Source: Mytilus californianus (Eukaryota). Taken from it: DNA of 64,000 nucleotides. The notes under the pieces were generated by a model, which saw nothing but the letters and a program-made list of their open reading frames with translations, was not told the DNA's origin and made no database searches. This document shows, piece after piece, positions 1-15,600 of the stretch. The stretch lies in NCBI RefSeq assembly GCF_021869535.1, contig NW_026262615.1:11718001-11782000 (forward strand), written 5' to 3'. Made by a program: the position numbers and the translations under genes. The number at the start of each line of letters is the position of its first letter. Positions within the stretch are counted from its first letter, which is position 1.

Positions 1-523
1 TAAACAAAATGACAATAATACATAAATAACAACAGACTACTAGCAGTTAACTGACATGCCAGCTCCAGACTTCAATTAAACTGATTGAAAGATTATGTCT
101 TCATCATATGAATATCAGGCACAATCCTTCCCGTTAGGGGTTTAGTATCATACCATCATAACATATATGAGAAGAACATAACCCGTGTCATGCCAACAAC
201 TGGTTTTTAAATAAATGTGTTTAGTGCGGATGCAAAGACCCTATAAGTGAATCAATATTAACGCCAAAATATGCAATCTTTAATGACCTGACAACAGTAT
301 CGTAACTATATCCCTTCTTAATAAGTCTATTTAAAGGTTTTGTTAGCTTCAGAGGTGAATACTGACATTTTTGTGCTTTATAAAGAATATTTCCATAAAA
401 AATTGGATGTGAAATACCTGAACGTATAAGAAGTCTGCATAGGCTATATTATTTGACATTATTTTTTTTTTGTATATTACAGATATATCAAGGTAAACGA
501 GCAAAACGAACACATCTAATAAA

Positions 524-687
524 ATGTTGATGTCAGTTGCAGTTATGTTGTTTATAAGCCTGTTGAAAGGGGATTTAGTTAATGGATGTCCTTCATCTTG
601 TTCATGTACTGGTACACTAATTGATTGTTCCGGAAGGAGTTTTGATGAAATACCGTATACAGATATTTCTTCAACCACAACAATTTT
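524..687 (+). CDS. Exon 1: signal peptide + LRRNT (MLMSVAVMLFISLLKGDLVNGCPSSCSCTGTLIDCSGRSFDEIPYTDISSTTTIL)
   Basis: ATG at 524, hydrophobic N-terminus, CPxxCxCxxxxxxCxxxxxxxIP motif, phase-2 donor TT|GTAAGT at 688. Confidence 0.92.
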
Positions 688-3600
688 GTAAGTACTATTC
701 ATTACATATGATAAATCAAATCGTGACTTTGCATGGAAAATATAGTTGTCCGACCAGGTTTGGATTTTAAATGAACTTGCTGGTTTTCGGAAATTCTCGA
801 TTTAATTTTCCTGCTTTAATTAGACAATCAGGTTTTCGTTTGGGAACAGTTTTGTGTATATCGCAGGAAAATTTTAAGAAATGGACGTGGTAAAGGATAT
901 TATCTATGATATATCAAACGCGTTAAGTTATCGACCTGCCAATATTCCACGGGCACTTATTACTATTATCATGCCACTATCGTATACATGATCTTCATCA
1001 ATGATGATGATTTATATCTATACCTATAAGCTTTTTATGTACCTCATTCACGACTAAAAATATATCCCAAAATTTAACGAACTACCAATACTTTGCATCT
1101 AAATACTAATTGTTGTTAACTGTCAGGCGTTTTCTTTCACTTTTTCAAAATGGTTCTAATTGTGTAAAATATCAGCAAACTGTCTTGACTTAACAATTAA
1201 ATGATAGTCTATCATAATATTGTCTACTCTATAGACTTCGTATTTTCATTTCATACATTCAAATGTAGTTCATGCAATCGTTGGTCTATCCTTTTACTGG
1301 TCCACACCAAATGATTCATTAAATTATGATTAAATTTCACTAAAGCTTCATTCCTTATTCACAACTTTTTTTTTAAGATTTACCAAATTTATTGTGTAGA
1401 TGCTTTAGAATGTTTTGACCTGCGGAATGTTAAAGAGATGTAGGTTATATATATCAGAATATGGAATATCGTTCTTATATCATGTATATTGAACGAAGTC
1501 CTATGATCATTTATTTTTCATTCTTTCAGAAATCTTCGTAGAAATAACTTAACAACATTAAGAACAAATGCGCTTTCTGGTTTAACATCCCTTATAATCT
1601 TGTAAGTATTGATACACGGGCAATGAAGTAGGTTTTTACCGTAATGATAATGCAGTAAGAAATTACTTTAAAAAGTGATAATAGACAGATTTTAAATAAC
1701 TACACTTTCATGTAAGTAGTTATCATATTTACAATGTCCGTTGTCTCCAGTTTGTTGTTCGTGACTTATGAGCTCTCTTTCATCGAGGAATTCGCTTTTG
1801 CCTATTTAAATGCATAATCATTGCAAGAATATAAGACAGTTGTTTTCAATTCTTTTCGTCGGTTGATAGTGTTGAGCGTTGGATTTTTGTCAGGTTTAAT
1901 TAATTTTCCCCTTTTTAAATTTACCGTGTTATAAATGGGAAACTTACTTTACATTTCAGGTCGTCAAAAATCATCCCCCCTGTTTTGGGATTTGTTTTAT
2001 TATACTCTTAGATATCTGTGATCATTTGTGTTTTTCTCGTGTTTTCTTTTTGCCATGGTGTTTTCTGTTTATCTTCAATTTACGTCTTGATTAATTTTGT
2101 TGTTATTTTTGTCGGAATATTTCTAGTAGAGACAAGATGAACAATTAAATACTTTTTATTCTGTTTAACAATATTCAAACTGCAATAAATAAGGATCATT
2201 ATGTCATATGAATTATTGAATGAATATTGCTATATTAGGACAATCCAATAATCGGAAATGAGATGAGATTTTACTTGCATTGTTCATGTCAGGTGAGATT
2301 ATTTTCCTGACGTTCCGTTAGTTGACATAGTAGTCAGATCGCTTGAACATGTCATGTTGCATAAACTTGCCCTTGTTGTCGAGCCTGCGACATTTTGTGC
2401 GAAACTGAAACATAGCGATCCTCGATTCCGTCATTGGCGTCGGCGTCAGCATTTAGGTTAAGTCTGTGGTTAATGTTTTTTAGACATCAATAACATGAAT
2501 AACTTTGTCAAACCTTAATGGAATTTTAGGAATTGAAAAGAAGCTTCTTTATGACCAAAATAAAGTATCCAGAGCAAAATTTTTAAAATATTTTCGTATT
2601 TTACTGATAAATAGAAGTATTTTTTTACAGTTTACTTTCAAATTTAGTCTGAAGTGAAAGTTTTTCAGTCATCAATAAGTTTTTCAAACCTTATTGAATT
2701 TTAAGAAATGTGGACAGAAGCTTGTTTATGACCAAAGGACAGTATCCAGGGCAAAATTTTGAATATGTTTATTTTCATTTTTCCGTATTTTACGGATAAA
2801 ATCAACTTATTTTTTAGCTCACCTGGTCGAAGGGCCAAGTAAGCTTGTCTCATCACTTGGGGTTTACTGTCCGTCTTCGTCATTTTCGTCTGTCATCGTC
2901 GTCGTCCATCTTCGTTAACTTTTAAAAAATCTTGTCCTCTGAAACTACTTGGCCAAATTTAACCAAAATTAGCCACAATCATTATTAGGGTATGTAGTTT
3001 AAAACTTCGTCCGATGACCCTACCAGCCGACCAAGATGTCTGACATGGCTAAAAAAAGAACATAGGGGTCAAATGCAAGTTTTGCCTATTATAAGAAAAA
3101 CCGCTATAAATAGAGAAAATCTGACATGAGCAAAAATGTTCAGAATGTTGAGCTCTAACTATTGGTCATTCACGTCAAAACTGTCAAACAATTTCTTATA
3201 GGAGTTATTGCCCTTAAAGGATGAATTTACCATTTTAGAATTGTTTTACCTATTATCTCGATTTATAATAGTTATATAGACAGAAACTTTAAATAACACA
3301 AAATGATCAGATAGACAAGATCCACAAATAAGCCAAAACATGGCAGAAATCTGCAGTCGACTCGTTATTGGACTTATTGCCCTTTGATGATAATGTTTAA
3401 CATGTTTTAGTATTTTTTGCCTATTATCTTGAAAACTATAATAGATAAATAGAAACTTTATAAAGAAAAATTACCAGTAGGATAAGATCTACAAATACGT
3501 CAACATGACTGAAAATTTTTAGTTATCTCTGAATAGAGTTATTCCCCTTTAATGATGTTTATTACTAAAAAATGGCTATTACTGAAGATGCAGACGAGCC

Positions 3601-6600
3601 TCTAGTTTTACAGTTAACAAGTAATTACCGTCAGTCATCAATGACTTTGTGAAAGCTTCATGGATTTGTGGGAAATTTGGACAGAAGCTTTGTTATGACC
3701 AAAATACAGTATTCAAAGCAAAATGTTGAAAATATTTATTTCTTCTTTTCCGTATTAATCTGAAAAATGGACATATTTTTTTTTCTTCTATTTTTGCCTA
3801 TTTTTCTCAACATTTTCGTCCGTCCTCCGTCGTCGTTAGCTTTTACAAAATACTTCTTCTCTGAAACTACTGATCCAAACTTAACCACACTTGGCCAAAT
3901 TCATTTTAAAGGGTATCTAGTTTAGAAAATGTTGCCAATGACGCTGCCTGTCAACCAAGATGGCCGACATGTCTAAAAAAAACATAGGTGTAAAATGCAA
4001 GTTTTGTTTATTATCTTGAAAACCACTATAAAAAGAGAAAATTTGACAAGGGCAGAAACATTTTGAATTGTGAAATTTACTTATTGTACATTTACTTCCA
4101 AAATGTCGATAACTTTTTAAATTTTTGCCCATTATCTTAAAATTATAATAGATAGAGAGAAACTTTATATAGCAAAAATGATCAGCAAGATTAGTTCTAC
4201 AAATGAATCAGCATGGTTTAGATCGTCTGATGGCCCCTTATTAGAGTTAATGCCCTTTAATGAAGATGTTTACGGTTTTTTTTATTTTTTTCGTTTAAAT
4301 ACTCCAACATTAAATTTGTATTAAATTCCTTGTACCACTCTGACATTTTTTTCCTAAGGAAACTGTCAGAACTGCCTAATGTTTTCTTGTCCGAAAACCA
4401 CCACACTATAGAAATGAGAAGGTGTGGTATGCTTTCCATCAGGGCAGCTATCAACCAAAATGGCGTGGATGTATTTGATCAACTGACCACTGAATGCATA
4501 TCTTTGTCTCTGAATTTCGTAAGATAATATTTTCCCTGTTCATCTCATATTCAACATCTAAAATTGGACTACTTTGGTACCATTACGTTTTAAATTCAAG
4601 ATCTTGAGGCAATCTCATATTCGTATTGACAATGCTGTCCTTGGAATTGCTTTTAAACAATATAAGATCTATATTTCATGCTAATTCAGTGTAATAGAAT
4701 ATATTCCCAAATCTAAAAACCGTATATTTCTGAAATTAAACGTTGATATTGACAGAGCTTGCTAAATAAAATTAGCAACCAATAAAGAAAAAAAAATACA
4801 ATTACGTGATCTGTTTTTAACTTTGACACTATGTATAGGCGAGTGACAATTTTCAAAAAGACGCTTAGTTAACGACTTTAATGCACCCACCTAACATACG
4901 GCTATATTACACATCATTCGAAAGCTTATTATCTGTACTTTCATTTTTGCCCGGTCGTCAATAATTCGTACGGTGCAATTTTCGTTAAACCAAGGTCAAA
5001 GGTCTAAACTGAGCATTCCAAATGTTTGCTATAATTACACAAAATGCCATTTTCAGGTACTTGTATGGCATTTTATTCCCTAAAATTGATCTAAACCTTA
5101 TAAAACAAATTACCATGATTTCAAATCAAGTGCAAACTTAAATGTTGATTGCGCTATATTAACAAAAAATGGCATTTCTTGAAAAAACTTCCAAAAATGA
5201 TAAAATTGCAATAAAATCTAAATGTTTTCTGAAATTTAAATATTTGTAAGTCAAAAATAGAATAGATTTATTGTTTATGGACCGAGGGAATTTTTTCGTC
5301 ATTTTAAACTGCAATTAATATGATGTAGGTCCAGATGCAGCCTTCTAATGAAGCTTTGGTAGTTGCCCCAAAAAACACCATCTGCAAATGGGGATCATCT
5401 AGCTTTTTTTTTCTAGATAATATTGCTAATATCGGCAGGTGATGATCAACCATATTTAAAAAAAGGTTATGGAAGAACTTTAAAGAATAAAAGAAGTATA
5501 TTTGGTAAAAATTAGTTTCCCGGTGTGAAAAGACATGTTACGAAGATTATGCTCGTTCAATGTTCGAAAGAAAACTGTCTGTACCATGCGATTTTCAATG
5601 TCAAATTCGGCGAATTCTTTTTAATGTTAACCCGTTATGATATACTTTGTTAGTTGTTTTATTAAATATGACTGAAAATTAATAATTCAGATTGATTAAG
5701 ATTAAATAACCTTCATGAACAACTGTAATCACCGTACTGGTTTATGTATTGTTCACACAATTCGGTATAGTGTTTTGAGAAGATTTGCTTGTCTGTCTTA
5801 CTTTTTCGCCATGGTCATGTTGTCGTCTGTTTTTCTTCGACCATGGTTTGAGACTGCCTTCATATTATTTTATCCCTTCTTTCAATTAAAGAAAAGAAAA
5901 CCATAAATCAAAGCTGAGCGAAAAAAGACAACAGAACTTAAAACTCAGATATTGATGCAAAAAATAAGTTAGTAAAATAACATGAATTACCGAGCTCCAA
6001 GTGAAATTTCAAAACAGAAAGTCTCTTATCACATATCAAAACCAACAGTTGAAACACATCAAACGATTGGAAAACAGTTGTGATAGACCTCGTAGTTCTC
6101 TCTCCATCTCTATCTATCTTTATATGATATAGCGGAAATGTAGGAATCATCTTGTCCTTATGTCCTTTTTTTCTTTTGTTCTTTCCATTCACATATCCAT
6201 ATGTTATTCTCAAAATTGTAATGAGCAATATTCCTTCGACATTGCTTGGCAGAATTATGGAAGTTCAAAGTGCACATATAGAGGTTATACGTGAAGGGAT
6301 TTGTTTCATAATAGACATATTCAAATAGCGCTAAGAACAGTAATCGCTTTAAATTTACCAGAACATACCTGCTTTCAAGCTATCTCATTAAGTTAACCCT
6401 AATCTTATTAAAATTTAGTTCTATGATTTTGTTTTTATCAGACGATATATGAGCAGGCGTGTCGTGATTGATCTAAATTTTAGTCAGATTGTTTAAACCC
6501 ATGTTTTAACACTGATACATAACATTTTGTAAGTTTGTTTTTCATGTCAACTTAAATCACTTATTATTGTTGTGAGATCTTCGCACTATTAGAAACTTGA

Positions 6601-9600
6601 ACTGAAAAATATGAAAATAAAGTGAGAAAATCGCAAAAAGTCGCTGTCAGATCAATAACAGAGGGCTCAGTGCACAATAAATATTCACGAACATAATTTA
6701 AGATCAGATTACATAAAACCGATTAAAAAACTGGATAAATTCAACCACAATTTTTTTCATTTTTCACAATTGTATAGATATTTTAGAATAAAATAACTTC
6801 ATTTTAACCATATGTATTTTTAATATACACGTACTATCTTTAATATGCCAATGATCAACCAATGCTTAATAGATTATCTACTTAAATAGTAGATCATGCT
6901 CTTTTTTTTTAAATGCCTAAAATGAAAATATTATGTGGCAAACCTACATTGAAATAGTAATACAAAATCATGGCCAATTAAATTTGAAATAAAAGAGGTT
7001 CAAATGCATTTATATTTTTGTTTCTATTAAGAAACTTTACTTGTAACATTTAGCTGAAGTAAACATCAACATTAACACTACTGTGTTTGGTTAGAGGTTG
7101 CCTACTTTTACAAAAGGTGATCAATGCTGATTGGTACATTTGTGTTGTGACACCTACACAGTAATTTCGTCCTTGATACTAATAGCTATAACTAATGTAT
7201 TGTTGATGGGGATTGGCAGTTTTCCTTCCGAAGGTTCCTTGGGCATTCCATGGGCTTAAACCATTGAAAACTGATCGCCTCAAAATACTTTAGAAGCCAA
7301 AAGTTCTAAACCGAAAATTGCGTCAAACACCAACAATCAATCAATCATCTTTATATTAAAATGTATTTATATGTAAACTATTCAGGGAGAAAATTTGATT
7401 AATGGAAATGTATGTATTGTTATTGCGAATTGCTATATTTCCCAATTCAAAAATTAATGTAAGTAAATATAATTGCGAAGGTCTCAATGTATTTACAAGA
7501 GATTACGTAGTTGGATAGGATTAAATATATTGGCCAGACATGAAGAACATTTCAGTGGCTAGCTTATAATAGTTTTCGCTTCCTCATTCAATGCAAGATG
7601 CAGTATAATTAACCAAGAAAACATACACATATTGAAATATTGAATTATCAAAGTTTCGCTCCCAAACTTTTCCTTCAAACACGAATTTTCTGAGTATTCC
7701 ATCCTTTAACATTTTTGCAGTTTTAAAATTTGTGTTTTTCAACATAATATCGACTACATACAAATTGTTATAACAAAGAACAGCTAAAGAAGCTATTTTC
7801 TTGCAGATGGCGATATTTGGGCAACTGCACGGTTGTTATAATTGGCTGTTTAATTAACAAGAAGCGTAATTGCAGTAATTTAATGATGTCAAAAACATCC
7901 TTAGCACTAAATGAAATATGTTATTTAGTTTTATGGTAAATAATAGTTGAATCACAGACATAAAATTTGATTTTCATGCATTTTTGTCATTTTCAATGGA
8001 ATTTCTGGAAAACAGCGCTATTTATTAAAAATCCGACATGAATTTTTCAAAGTGCTTTTGATAAGTTACTATTAACATCTGTTCTAACAGATTTCCATAT
8101 GTACATACAAAATATCATTATTCAGAAGACAGAATATGCAAAACATGCTGACTTCTTGTAACATTAGAAGTTGTCCGTACTTGACCTTTCGTTGCGATTT
8201 GACAGAAACTGCACCATACGAATTTTTGACGACCGGACAAAAAAGGTAGTGCAGATGATGTGCTTTCGAATGGTATATGATTTAGTCGTATGTTAAGTGG
8301 GTGCATTAAAAATAAAATTTTATGGTTAATGTCACTCCTCTAGTAATTCAAATGTTGTAAAAGTAGCTAATGAAAAAATACAAAAAAAAAGGACAACAGT
8401 CAATTGTGAAGCAAGGACACTAGTGAAATAACTCTTTTAGCAATTATTATGACAAAAATCAACTAATTTTAAGTTATTTTTGAACCACAATTAAACATTT
8501 TTTTGTTTATTATGCTTACAAAATTACTATAAATTTATCACAGAAACATGAGATAAAATGTCCAAACTTCAACAAAACCTACTTCTTTTTATCTTGGTTT
8601 TACTGCGCGTACTGCTGTGTTTTTGTTTATTCCACATTGTTAGAGGTATAGAGGGAGAGTTGAGATCTCGCGAAACATGTTTAACCCTTCCGTATTTTTG
8701 CGTTTGTCCAAAGTCAGGAAATTCTAGCCAATTGTTAGTGTTGTGTGTTTTTTTTTTTATAATTTTGGTTGATTTGAATGTTTTGGAATTTAGTGTGGCG
8801 TCCATTTTGCTGAACTAGTATACATTATTCTTTAGGGCCGACTAAAGCTCGCCTCCGGGTGCCATATTTTCTCGCTGCGATGAGGACCCAGTGGTGGCCT
8901 TGGGCTGGGTTCTGCTGTTGGTCGGGTTGTTTTCTCTTTGCCACGTTCCAGCTTTCCATTCTCTATTTTACCCTATTCACATTAAGAAATAACCAAGATT
9001 TGCAATTTAATTGTTTTTTTTTGTAATTTATTCCGAAAACAAAATACTTCACACAAAAATTATATTACTATTGTTATTGATAACTACAAGAATACATATA
9101 ATGTGTGGGTATCTAGATTGCACCTATTTTGACAGTTTTTTAACCTACGTTTATATATGATCCAGTCAAAAGTGTCCATTCTGTGTTTATTTTTAGGGCA
9201 TGTATTCTTATTTATTATATAGTTCCACCAATTTAGTTTTAAATTCATTTTTAATCATAAAAATGGTTTTGAACCAACCTCCAAACGATCCAGGATTATG
9301 TTCTGAGAAGTACCCAAATTGCATCCATGTTAAAATTCATATCATTCCGTAAAATCAAATAACTGGTTTTTAGTTTTATCTGGAACAATTTGAAAACATT
9401 CCTTGCTTACTATTAATTTTTTTAAGAAATGGATGCCTGTTACATAATTTAAATGACTCATTTTTGAAAATTGACTTTTTGTGGATGTCGCATGGCAAAG
9501 TTTCCGTAGAATAAGGTTTTCCAGTGGATGCTTCATCTGTTGATAATATACTGTGAAAGTGAACGTATTGTGTATATTTGAACATATTTAGCTATATTGA

Positions 9601-12600
9601 AAGATGTGCATAATGTCAAATCATAAATATACCAATTGCTTAATCTCTTAACAAAACATTGTAAGACTTCCGCTACTATTTTTGCTAATTAGGTGCAATT
9701 TGGGTACTCAGTGCAATTTGAGTACCGCGACGTTACATGTATAAACATAAGCTAATATTTTCTATCTTCTATTAAGATCATATTTCAAAACTTTCAACCA
9801 TGAATATCTTTTTCCTATTTTAATTTTTCTCTAAAAACCACATTTTACCCAAGAATTACCATTTTTAAATACTAATAACTACATTTCTTCATAATATAAA
9901 CAGAATATATAATATGTCGTATTTTCTATAAAGATCCCACATCAAAAGTTTTAACAACAATAACCGAGCTTTTTTTTTCAGTTTTCGAGGTTTTTCTCTC
10001 TAAAAACATATATTTCAGCCAAATTTACCCAAATATTAATATAAATAACTATTGGACTTCACATAATAAGCATAAAATAGTATGTTCTGTCTTTGAAGAT
10101 CACATTTCACACATTTTAACCATTAACACCTGAGATTTTCATCATTTTCAGTTTTCAGCGTTTTTTCTCTAAATCACACATTTCACCTCAAAATTACTTT
10201 AATACGAATAATTATAAATAAAGGGCTACATAATACACTAAAAAAATAAAGTGTCCTATCTTCTTCACCAAGCTATAAGTCTCAAAATGTAACCATAAAT
10301 AACTGTTTTTAATTTTTTCCAGTTTTCCGTATTTTTGTTCTCTAAAAACCATATATTTCACACCAAAATAACCTTTTCCTCAAAATATGATAATGTAGAT
10401 TTTTATTATATGTTTTTAGTACAAGTCTATGTTCTAATTTACACTTAAACAAATCTTGTGTTGCAATTAATTGCAGGTTGAGTAATATTAGAGCTAAATT
10501 GACTAGGCTATCACTTTTTATGTCATCATTACACTTTTAGACTGACAGCAGCAATCGCGAGACACAAGGTTCCTCGGAACATCTTATGAATTTTTGAATT
10601 TACATTGGAGTATGGTAGTTTTAATGAGGCATGTTTTAAACATTCCCTTTTTCAGATGTTGGACGGGATTTCGTTTTGTTTTACAGTTGACATGTAGTCC
10701 AGTCCATTATTATGTCGATCAATCTTATTATGGTGTTCAATCAAATGATTTTAATGTCTAATAAATTATGAGTATAGATGACAAATATATTTGATCCACT
10801 GAATAACTGAAGATAGACCTTTGAAATATTTGGTAATATGAATATAAGTAGGTTAATTAAGTATATTAAACACATTCTGGTATCCAAAGAACTTCCTTTG
10901 TGCATACTAATCTTACTTTAAATGCCGCTCACATTTAAAGGTGGCAGTAAAGCTTAAACAATTGCATCAACAATGTCAGTTTAAAGAAAAATTTATTTAT
11001 CTATTGAACACATGGAGTTCAAAATAGGTAATCTTTGGTAAGTTCAGTATCAGTGTTTTAGTGTTAAATGATCTATAATCAAGATATTTGATTTCCTTCC
11101 AGAAATTTATCGGATAACAAGTTAATAACTTTACCAGATGGTCTGTTTTCTAACAACACTAAACTTAAAACATTGTAAGTATGATGTATGCTCATCTCAG
11201 ACTTTTTCTTACATATTATATTATTTAAATTGTATATCTAATCACGTAGACACACATCTGCTGTTCTTACATATACTTGTGTGCCGATAACTCAGTACTT
11301 TTGTCATCATTCTATTTTAATTTCGTTAAATAATGTTGAATTTTAGAGCAATGAAAATAACATCATCAATATCAGGTTGATCACAATTACATTTGATCCA
11401 TTGAACAACTGAAGTTCAACCTTTGAAATGTTTGGTAATTTGAATATAAGTAGAATAATTAAGTATATTCATAATCATTAATTTTCTATTAGATATTTAC
11501 TTAATAACAAGTTAAAAAAATTCCCAAAAGGTCAGTTAAGATTGAACTTGTTGAACACAAATCTTCAATATGTCAGACTTAAACTTATTAAAAGATTATA
11601 TTAAATTATTGCAAATCATGTTCCTATATAAAGGGGTTTTAATATACTTGTATGCCAATAGCTCAGCAGGTTTATCACAATGATAAACTTATTGAATACA
11701 GGGAGATCAAATTGGTAATCTTTGGTAAGTTTAGTATCAGTGTTTTGATTTAACATGTTCTTACACAATCAAGATATTTGATTTTCTTCCAGATTTTTAA
11801 GGCATAACAAGTTAGTAACTTTACCAGAAGATTTGTTTCTGTTCAACATGAATCCTATATAATTTTAAGTGTAATTGATATTTATATCAGACCTAAACTT
11901 ATTTAATAGTGTGTGGAATTTTTAACCTCGTTCATATGTTTTCTAACAACACACAAATTAAAACATTGTATGTATGAATTGTGATCATCTTAGGACTTAA
12001 TTGTGTTACAGATTATATTGTATATTTAATCACGTACAAATATCTGATTTTCTTCAAAATACTTGTGTGTTGAGAACTCAACAGTTTTGCCATCATTCTT
12101 TTTTAATTAAGTTCATTTTGTATGTTAAATTTTAAAGCAATACAAAGTATATCTATCATATCAGGTGGACGACAAATATATTTGATCGATTGAATAACTT
12201 ACGATCAACCTTTAAAATGTATGGTAATGTAAATAAAAGAAGATAAATTAAGCATTTTCATCATCATTGATTTTCTATTAATTATTTAATGAGTAACAAG
12301 TTAGAAAATTTACCAGAAGGTCGTTTAACATTGAACATGTTAAACACCAATCTTCAATATGCCAGACTTCCTTTTTATATGCTAATTTAACTTTTAATGT
12401 TATTCAATATTTCAAAATTAATCTTAGAATTCCTTTTGGTAATTTGAATATAATTGTCTTGATTGAATATGTTCTTACATAATGAAGATGCTTGATTATA
12501 CTCCAAAATTGTAACTAAAGACAACAAGGAAAGTTTACCAGATAGTCTGTTATCATCAAACACCAAGTTACAAGAATTGTAATTGTGAATAATGTTTATC

Positions 12601-15600
12601 ACAGACTTTAATTTATGAAAGATTGTGTTGTTTATATAATCACGTACATATATAACTGATATTCCTCAATATACTTGTCTGTTGACAACTCAGAAGGTCT
12701 AACTTAATTTCATTTTATTGGCAAACTTCCTTTGTGCATACTAAATGTTACTTTCAATGTCACTCATTGATTAAAGATTGCAGTTGAAGCTTATAAAAAT
12801 GCATCAACAATGTCAGTTTGAAGAAAAATATATTTCATCTTTTCAATACACGGAGATCGAATTTGGTAATCTCTGGTAAATTCGGTATCGGTGTTTTAAT
12901 TTAACATGTTCTTACAAAATCAAGATATTTGACTTCCTTTCAGACATTTATACGAAAACAAGTTAGTAACTTTACCTGAAGGTCTGTTTTCTAGCAACAC
13001 AAAACTTGAAACAATGTAAGTATGATTTATGTTCATCTCAGACTTTTTCTTACATATTATATTATTTAAATTGTATATCTAATCACGTACACATACATCT
13101 GCTGTTCTTACATATACTTGTGTGCCGATAACTCAGTAGTTTTGTCATCATTCTATTTTAATTTCGTTAAATAATGTTGATTTTTAAAGCAATGAAAATC
13201 ACATCAACAATATCAGGTTGATGACACATATATTTGATCCATTGAATAACTGAAGATCAACCTTTGAAATGTTTGGTAATTTGAATATAAGTAGGTTAAT
13301 TAAGTAACTATGTTCATGATCATCAATTTTCGATTAGATATTTACTGAATAACAAGTTAGAAAAAATCCCAGAAGGTCAGTTAACATTGCACATGTTGAA
13401 CACCAATCTTCAATATGTCAGACTTAATCTTATTAAAAGGTTATATTAAATTATTGCAAATCATGTTCCTATATAAAAGGGTTTTTAATATACTTGTGTG
13501 CCAATAGCTCAGCAGGTTTATCACAATTATAAACTTATTGAATACAAGGAGATCAGATTGGTAATCTTTTGTAAGTTCAGAATTAGTGCTTTAATGTAAC
13601 ATGTTCTTATATTACCATGATAATTGATTTTCTTCCAGAGATTTAGAGAATAACGCGTTGGTAACTTTACCAGAAGGTCTGTTTTCTAACAACACTAAAC
13701 TTGAAAGATTGTAAGTATGATTTATGCTCATCTCAGACTTTTTCTTACATATTATATTATTTAAATTGTATATCTTATCACGTAGACACACATCTGCTCT
13801 TCTTACATATACTTGTGTGCCGATAACTCAGTAGTTTTGTCATCATTCTATTTTAATTTCGTTAAATAATGTTGAATTTTAGAGCAATGAAAATTACATC
13901 ATCAATATCAGGTTGATCACAATTACATTTGATCCATCGAACAACTGAAGTTCAACCTTTGAAATGTTTGGTAATTTGAATATAAGTAGGTTAATTAAGT
14001 ATATTCATGATCATTGATTTTCTATTAGATATTTACTTAATAACAAGTTAAAAAAATTCCCAAAAGGTCAGTTAAGATTGAACTTGTTGAACACAAATCT
14101 TCAATATGTCAGACTTAAACTTATTAAAAGATTATATTAAATTATTGCAAATCATGTTCCTATATAAAGGGGTTTTAATATATACTTGTGTGCCAATAGC
14201 TCAGCAGGTTTATCACTATGATAAACTTATTGAATACAGGGAGATCAAATTGGTAATCTTTGGTAAGTTTAGTATCAGTGTTTTGATTTAACATGTTCTT
14301 ACACAATCAAGATATTTGTTTTTCTTCCAGATTTTTAAGGCATAACAAGTTAGTAACTTTACCAGAAGATGTGTTTCTGTTCAACATGAATCCTATAGAA
14401 TTTTAAGTGTAATTGATATTTATATCAGACCTAAACTTATTTAATAGTGTGTGGAATTTTTAACCTCGTTCATATGTTTTCTAACAAAACAAAAATTAAA
14501 ACATTGTATGTATGAATTGTGATCATCTTAGGACTTAATTGTGTTATAGATTATATTGTATATTTAATCACGTACACATATCTGATTTTCTTCAAAATAC
14601 TTGTGTGTTGAGAATTCAACAGTTTTGCCATCATTCTTTTTTAATTAAGTTCATTTTTTTATGTTGAATTTTAAAGCAATACAAATTTTATCTATCATAT
14701 CAGGTGGACGACAAATATATTTGATCGATTGAATAACTTACGATCAACCTTTAAAATTTATGGTAATGTAAATATAAGAAGATAAATTAAGCATTTTCAT
14801 GATCATTGATTTTCTATTAATTATTTAATGAGTAACAAGTTAGAAAGTTTACCAGAAGGTCATTTAACATTGAACATGTTGAACACCAATCTTCAATATG
14901 TCAGACTTCCTTTTTATATGCTAATTTAACTTTTAATGTTATTCAATATTTCAAAATTAATCTTAGAATTCCTTTTGGTAATTTGAATATAATTGTCTTG
15001 ATTGAATATGTTCTTACATAATTAAGATGCTTGATTATACTCCAAAATTGTAACCAAAGACAACAAGGAAAGTTTACCAGATAGTCTGTTATCATCAAAC
15101 ACCAAGTTACAAGAATTGTAATTGTGAATAATGTTTATCACAGACTTTATTTTATGAAAGATTGTGTTGTTTATATAATCACTTACATATATAACTGATA
15201 TTCCTCAATATACTTGTCTGTTGACAACATAGAAGGTCTAAATTAATTTCATTTTATTGGCAAACTTCCTTTGTGCATACTAAATGTTACTTTCAATGTC
15301 ACTCATTGATTAAAGATTGCAGTTGAAGCTTATAAAAATGCATCAACAATGTCAGTTTGAAGAAAAATATATTTCATCTTTTCAATACACGGAGATCGAA
15401 TTTGGTAATCTCTGGTAAATTCGGTATCGGTGTTTTAATTTAACATGTTCTTACAAAATCAAGATAGTTGACTTCCTTTCAGACATTTAGGCCAGAACAA
15501 GTTAATAACTTTACCAGAAGATCTTTTTTCTAGCAACACAAAACTTGAAACATTGTAAGTATGATTTATGTTCATCTCAGACTTTAAGTTACATATTATA

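Noticed and set aside
1-440. Upstream sequence that looks like a common interspersed repeat supplying the promoter
   Set aside because: The resemblance is from memory only, there is no second copy in the window, and no promoter evidence is visible.
2238-2292. AG...AG|GTGAG segment in intron 2 as an extra exon
   Set aside because: In-frame stop in the required phase and no LRR motif.
13338-13420. P1-type segments as functional LRR exons
   Set aside because: 79 nt from AG to the weak GTCAGA donor (7-nt insertion relative to 72), so inclusion shifts the frame.
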